Shown here: positions 44,433-46,626 of the stretch, piece after piece
How positions within the stretch are numbered: position 1 is the first letter of the stretch
Layout: each line of letters starts with the position of its first letter
NCBI GenBank assembly: GCA_045863395.1
Contig: BTVJ01000058.1
Location: 1 to 46,626 of the forward strand
Reading direction: 5' to 3'
Origin: Myxococcales bacterium
GTDB taxonomy: Bacteria > Myxococcota_A > UBA9042 > JABWCM01 > BTVJ01
DNA: 46,626 bases
The notes under the pieces: generated by a model
Database searches by the model: none
What the model was told of the DNA's origin: nothing
What the model saw: only the letters and a program-made list of their open reading frames with translations
Position numbers and translations under genes: made by a program

Positions 44433-46626
44433 ATGTGGGACAGGCAGTTGGTTCGGTGGCTCCGTGCAGCGGGGTCGATGCAGCGGGTCGGTGCATGGAT
44501 TGTGGCGCTCGTCTCCGGGTTCGCGCTCGCCGCGGGAGCGCCACTCGTTGGGTGCGAGGCCCAAGTCACCTCAGGAGAAGCGAGTGACGCGGACACCTGG
44601 TCGGAGGCGGACTCCCTCGCGCCGTCCGTCGATGAGGGCCTCAGCCTGGTGACACGGGAGGGTGAGCTGCTGTCGTGCGCGTCGCCATACAACACCTGCG
44701 GCGCGTCCACGGCGTCGCTGTGGGGCGTGACGGCCTACTCGAACGCCCCCCACCAGGGCACGACCACCCCCTGCAACGGGCTGGGCAGCCACGGCTACCA
44801 GTACCAGTGCGTCCAGTACGTCAACCGCTTCTTCATGGTGAACCAGATCCCCGGGCTCAATACGTGCTCCTTCACCGGCGTCGTGGGGAACGCCTGCCAG
44901 TGGTGGGCCAACGCCGCGACGTCCGGGACCAAGCAGAACACCTGCGGCCTGTCGCAGATCCCGACTGGGTCGACCAACATGCCCATGCCCGGCGACGTGT
45001 GGATCTATTACAACGGCACCTCCTGCTCGAGCTCCAACGTGGGGCACATCGCCGTGGTCCACAGCGTCACGGACCAGAGCGTGACCGTGATCGAGCAGAA
45101 CTGGGCCTGCAACGGCCTCTACACGCACTCGCTCACCAAGGGCGGATCATCGAGCTACCCGACCTGGACGCCGAGCGCGCGCGGCACCTACAAGGTCGTC
45201 GGGTGGCTCCGGCACCCCCACTTCTCCACCGACGAGACCACGGAGGCGAGCCCCCTGACTATCACGAACCAGTCGGACTTCGGCGGGGTGATCAACAAGG
45301 ACAACGACGAGGACTGGTTCAAGTTCAGGCCGGCCGACTTCATCGGGACAGGGAGCTCCCTGGCTGTGACGCTGACCGCGCGCCGCCGCGACAACTCCGG
45401 GTTCGATGCCCAGATGGACATCAAGAACAGCCAGAAGGTGTCTCTCGCTGACTATGGGACCTATCAGTACTATCGCAACGACGACGAGTACGACGTCGTG
45501 GCCGGGCACGCGACGGGGGCCAAGGTCACCGCCGTCATCCCGGCCGCCGAGAAGAACGACTGGTTCTATGTGAAGGTTCGCAGCTACGGCAGCTCCACCG
45601 GGCAATACAAGCTCACCAAGTCCTTCACACCGTCGGGCAGCGCCTCCAGCGGCGGCGGGTGCAGCTCTGTCGGGACCATCCCCGCGAGCGGTGGGACGGT
45701 CACGGGCACGACCTCGGGCGCGAGCGGGGCAGCTGGGACCTGCGGTGGCGGCTCTGCCCCAGAGAAGGTCTACGCCTGGACGCCCGCCGCGTCCGGCGTC
45801 GCCACCCTCTCCACGTGCAGCGGCACGAGCTACGACACGATCCTGTACGTGCGCTCAGGGAGCTGCGCGTCCGGCGCTCAGGTCGCCTCCGGCTGCAATG
45901 ACGACGCCTGCGGAGCGGGCTCGAAGGTGACCATCAGCGTCACGGCCGGCACCACCTACTACGTGTTCGTGGACGGCTACGGGAGCAACTCCGGCTCCTA
46001 CTCCCTCACCGTGACGCCGCCCGCAGCGACGGCCACGGGCACGTGTGCAGCTCCGTTGACGGTCGCGGCGAGCGGGGGCACCTACACCGGGACGACCTCC
46101 GGGAGCAGCTCGCTCCAAGGCGGCTGTGGCGGCGGGTCGGCACCCGAGAAGGTGTACGCCTGGACACCGGCGGTCTCTGGCGCAGCCACCATCTCCACGT
46201 GCTCTGGCACGGCCTATGACACGCTCGTGTATGTGCGCTCGGGGAGCTGCGGCACCGGCTCCGAATTGGCGGGCGGCTGCAACGACGACGCGTGTGGAGC
46301 GGGATCCATGGTGACCGTCAACGTCTCGGCCGGGACGACCTACTACATCATGGTGGACGGTTACGGCAGCAACTCAGGCTCCTACACCCTGACGGTGTCG
46401 ATGGCGGCCACGACGAGCTGCCCGAACAACTGCTCGGGCCACGGGACGTGCAACACGAGCACTGGGGTCTGCACGTGCACGGGCGGCTACACGGGCTCGA
46501 ACTGCGGGACGGCGCCCGTGGTGAGCTGCCCGAACAACTGCTCGGGCCACGGGACGTGCAACACGAGCACTGGGGTCTGCACGTGCACGGGCGGCTACAC
46601 GGGCTCGAACTGCGGGACGGCGCCCG
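44433..46626 (+). CDS. CHAP-domain (cysteine/histidine amidohydrolase) lipoprotein with PPC-like beta-sandwich domains and EGF-like repeats; C-terminus off window
   Basis: Translated by hand (not in ORF track). AAGGAG + ATG 44433; PLVGC; YQCVQYVNRFF, GNACQWW, PGDVWIY, GHIAVV, VIEQNW (CHAP); DEDWFKF domain; two ~120-aa YDTxxYVR..CNDD..YYxxVDGY repeats; CPNNCSGHGTCN..CTCTGGYTGSNC twice. Confidence 0.85.
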   Translation, partial: MWDRQLVRWLRAAGSMQRVGAWIVALVSGFALAAGAPLVGCEAQVTSGEASDADTWSEADSLAPSVDEGLSLVTREGELLSCASPYNTCGASTASLWGVTAYSNAPHQGTTTPCNGLGSHGYQYQCVQYVNRFFMVNQIPGLNTCSFTGVVGNACQWWANAATSGTKQNTCGLSQIPTGSTNMPMPGDVWIYYNGTSCSSSNVGHIAVVHSVTDQSVTVIEQNWACNGLYTHSLTKGGSSSYPTWTPSARGTYKVVGWLRHPHFSTDETTEASPLTITNQSDFGGVINKDNDEDWFKFRPADFIGTGSSLAVTLTARRRDNSGFDAQMDIKNSQKVSLADYGTYQYYRNDDEYDVVAGHATGAKVTAVIPAAEKNDWFYVKVRSYGSSTGQYKLTKSFTPSGSASSGGGCSSVGTIPASGGTVTGTTSGASGAAGTCGGGSAPEKVYAWTPAASGVATLSTCSGTSYDTILYVRSGSCASGAQVASGCNDDACGAGSKVTISVTAGTTYYVFVDGYGSNSGSYSLTVTPPAATATGTCAAPLTVAASGGTYTGTTSGSSSLQGGCGGGSAPEKVYAWTPAVSGAATISTCSGTAYDTLVYVRSGSCGTGSELAGGCNDDACGAGSMVTVNVSAGTTYYIMVDGYGSNSGSYTLTVSMAATTSCPNNCSGHGTCNTSTGVCTCTGGYTGSNCGTAPVVSCPNNCSGHGTCNTSTGVCTCTGGYTGSNCGTAP
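46415..46626 (+). repeat. Exact tandem duplication, 108-nt period, encoding EGF-like modules
   Basis: gagctgcccgaacaactgctcg...gggacggcgcccg is identical at 46415 and 46523. Confidence 0.95.

Overview
Very GC-rich bacterial chromosomal segment, most consistent with a Myxococcota/deltaproteobacterial genome. This is inferred from a MYXO-CTERM-like motif, many Cys-rich lipoproteins, a split RdgC-like pair, tRNA-Ile(CAT)/C4 zinc-ribbon/rnpB synteny and a UshA-like selenoprotein. It holds about 29 protein genes, one tRNA and the RNase P RNA. Two large genes run off the window edges and are missing from the ORF track: a >1930-aa Ig/TSP3/beta-barrel surface protein at left and a CHAP-PPC-EGF lipoprotein at right. 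Most long ORFs in the track are antisense or frame shadows. Highlights: (1) a tightly coupled four-gene operon (unknown protein, two DUF2791/BrxD-like P-loop ATPases, Lhr-like helicase) resembling but not matching Shango or BREX type 2, a candidate undescribed defence system; (2) a full-length bacterial homologue of eukaryotic GPI ethanolamine-phosphate transferases (PIG-G/PIG-O), with an inositol-1-phosphate cytidylyltransferase-like gene nearby; (3) an in-frame UGA selenoprotein (CGU motif) with a SECIS-like hairpin, which the ORF track splits; (4) a subtilase lipoprotein interrupted by an amber codon and a frameshift; (5) a ferrochelatase with a C-terminal four-Cys extension; (6) sigma54-type promoters, one with tandem palindromic enhancer-like sites. 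No CRISPR array, integrase or transposase was seen. All family assignments come from reading motifs by eye; no searches were run.
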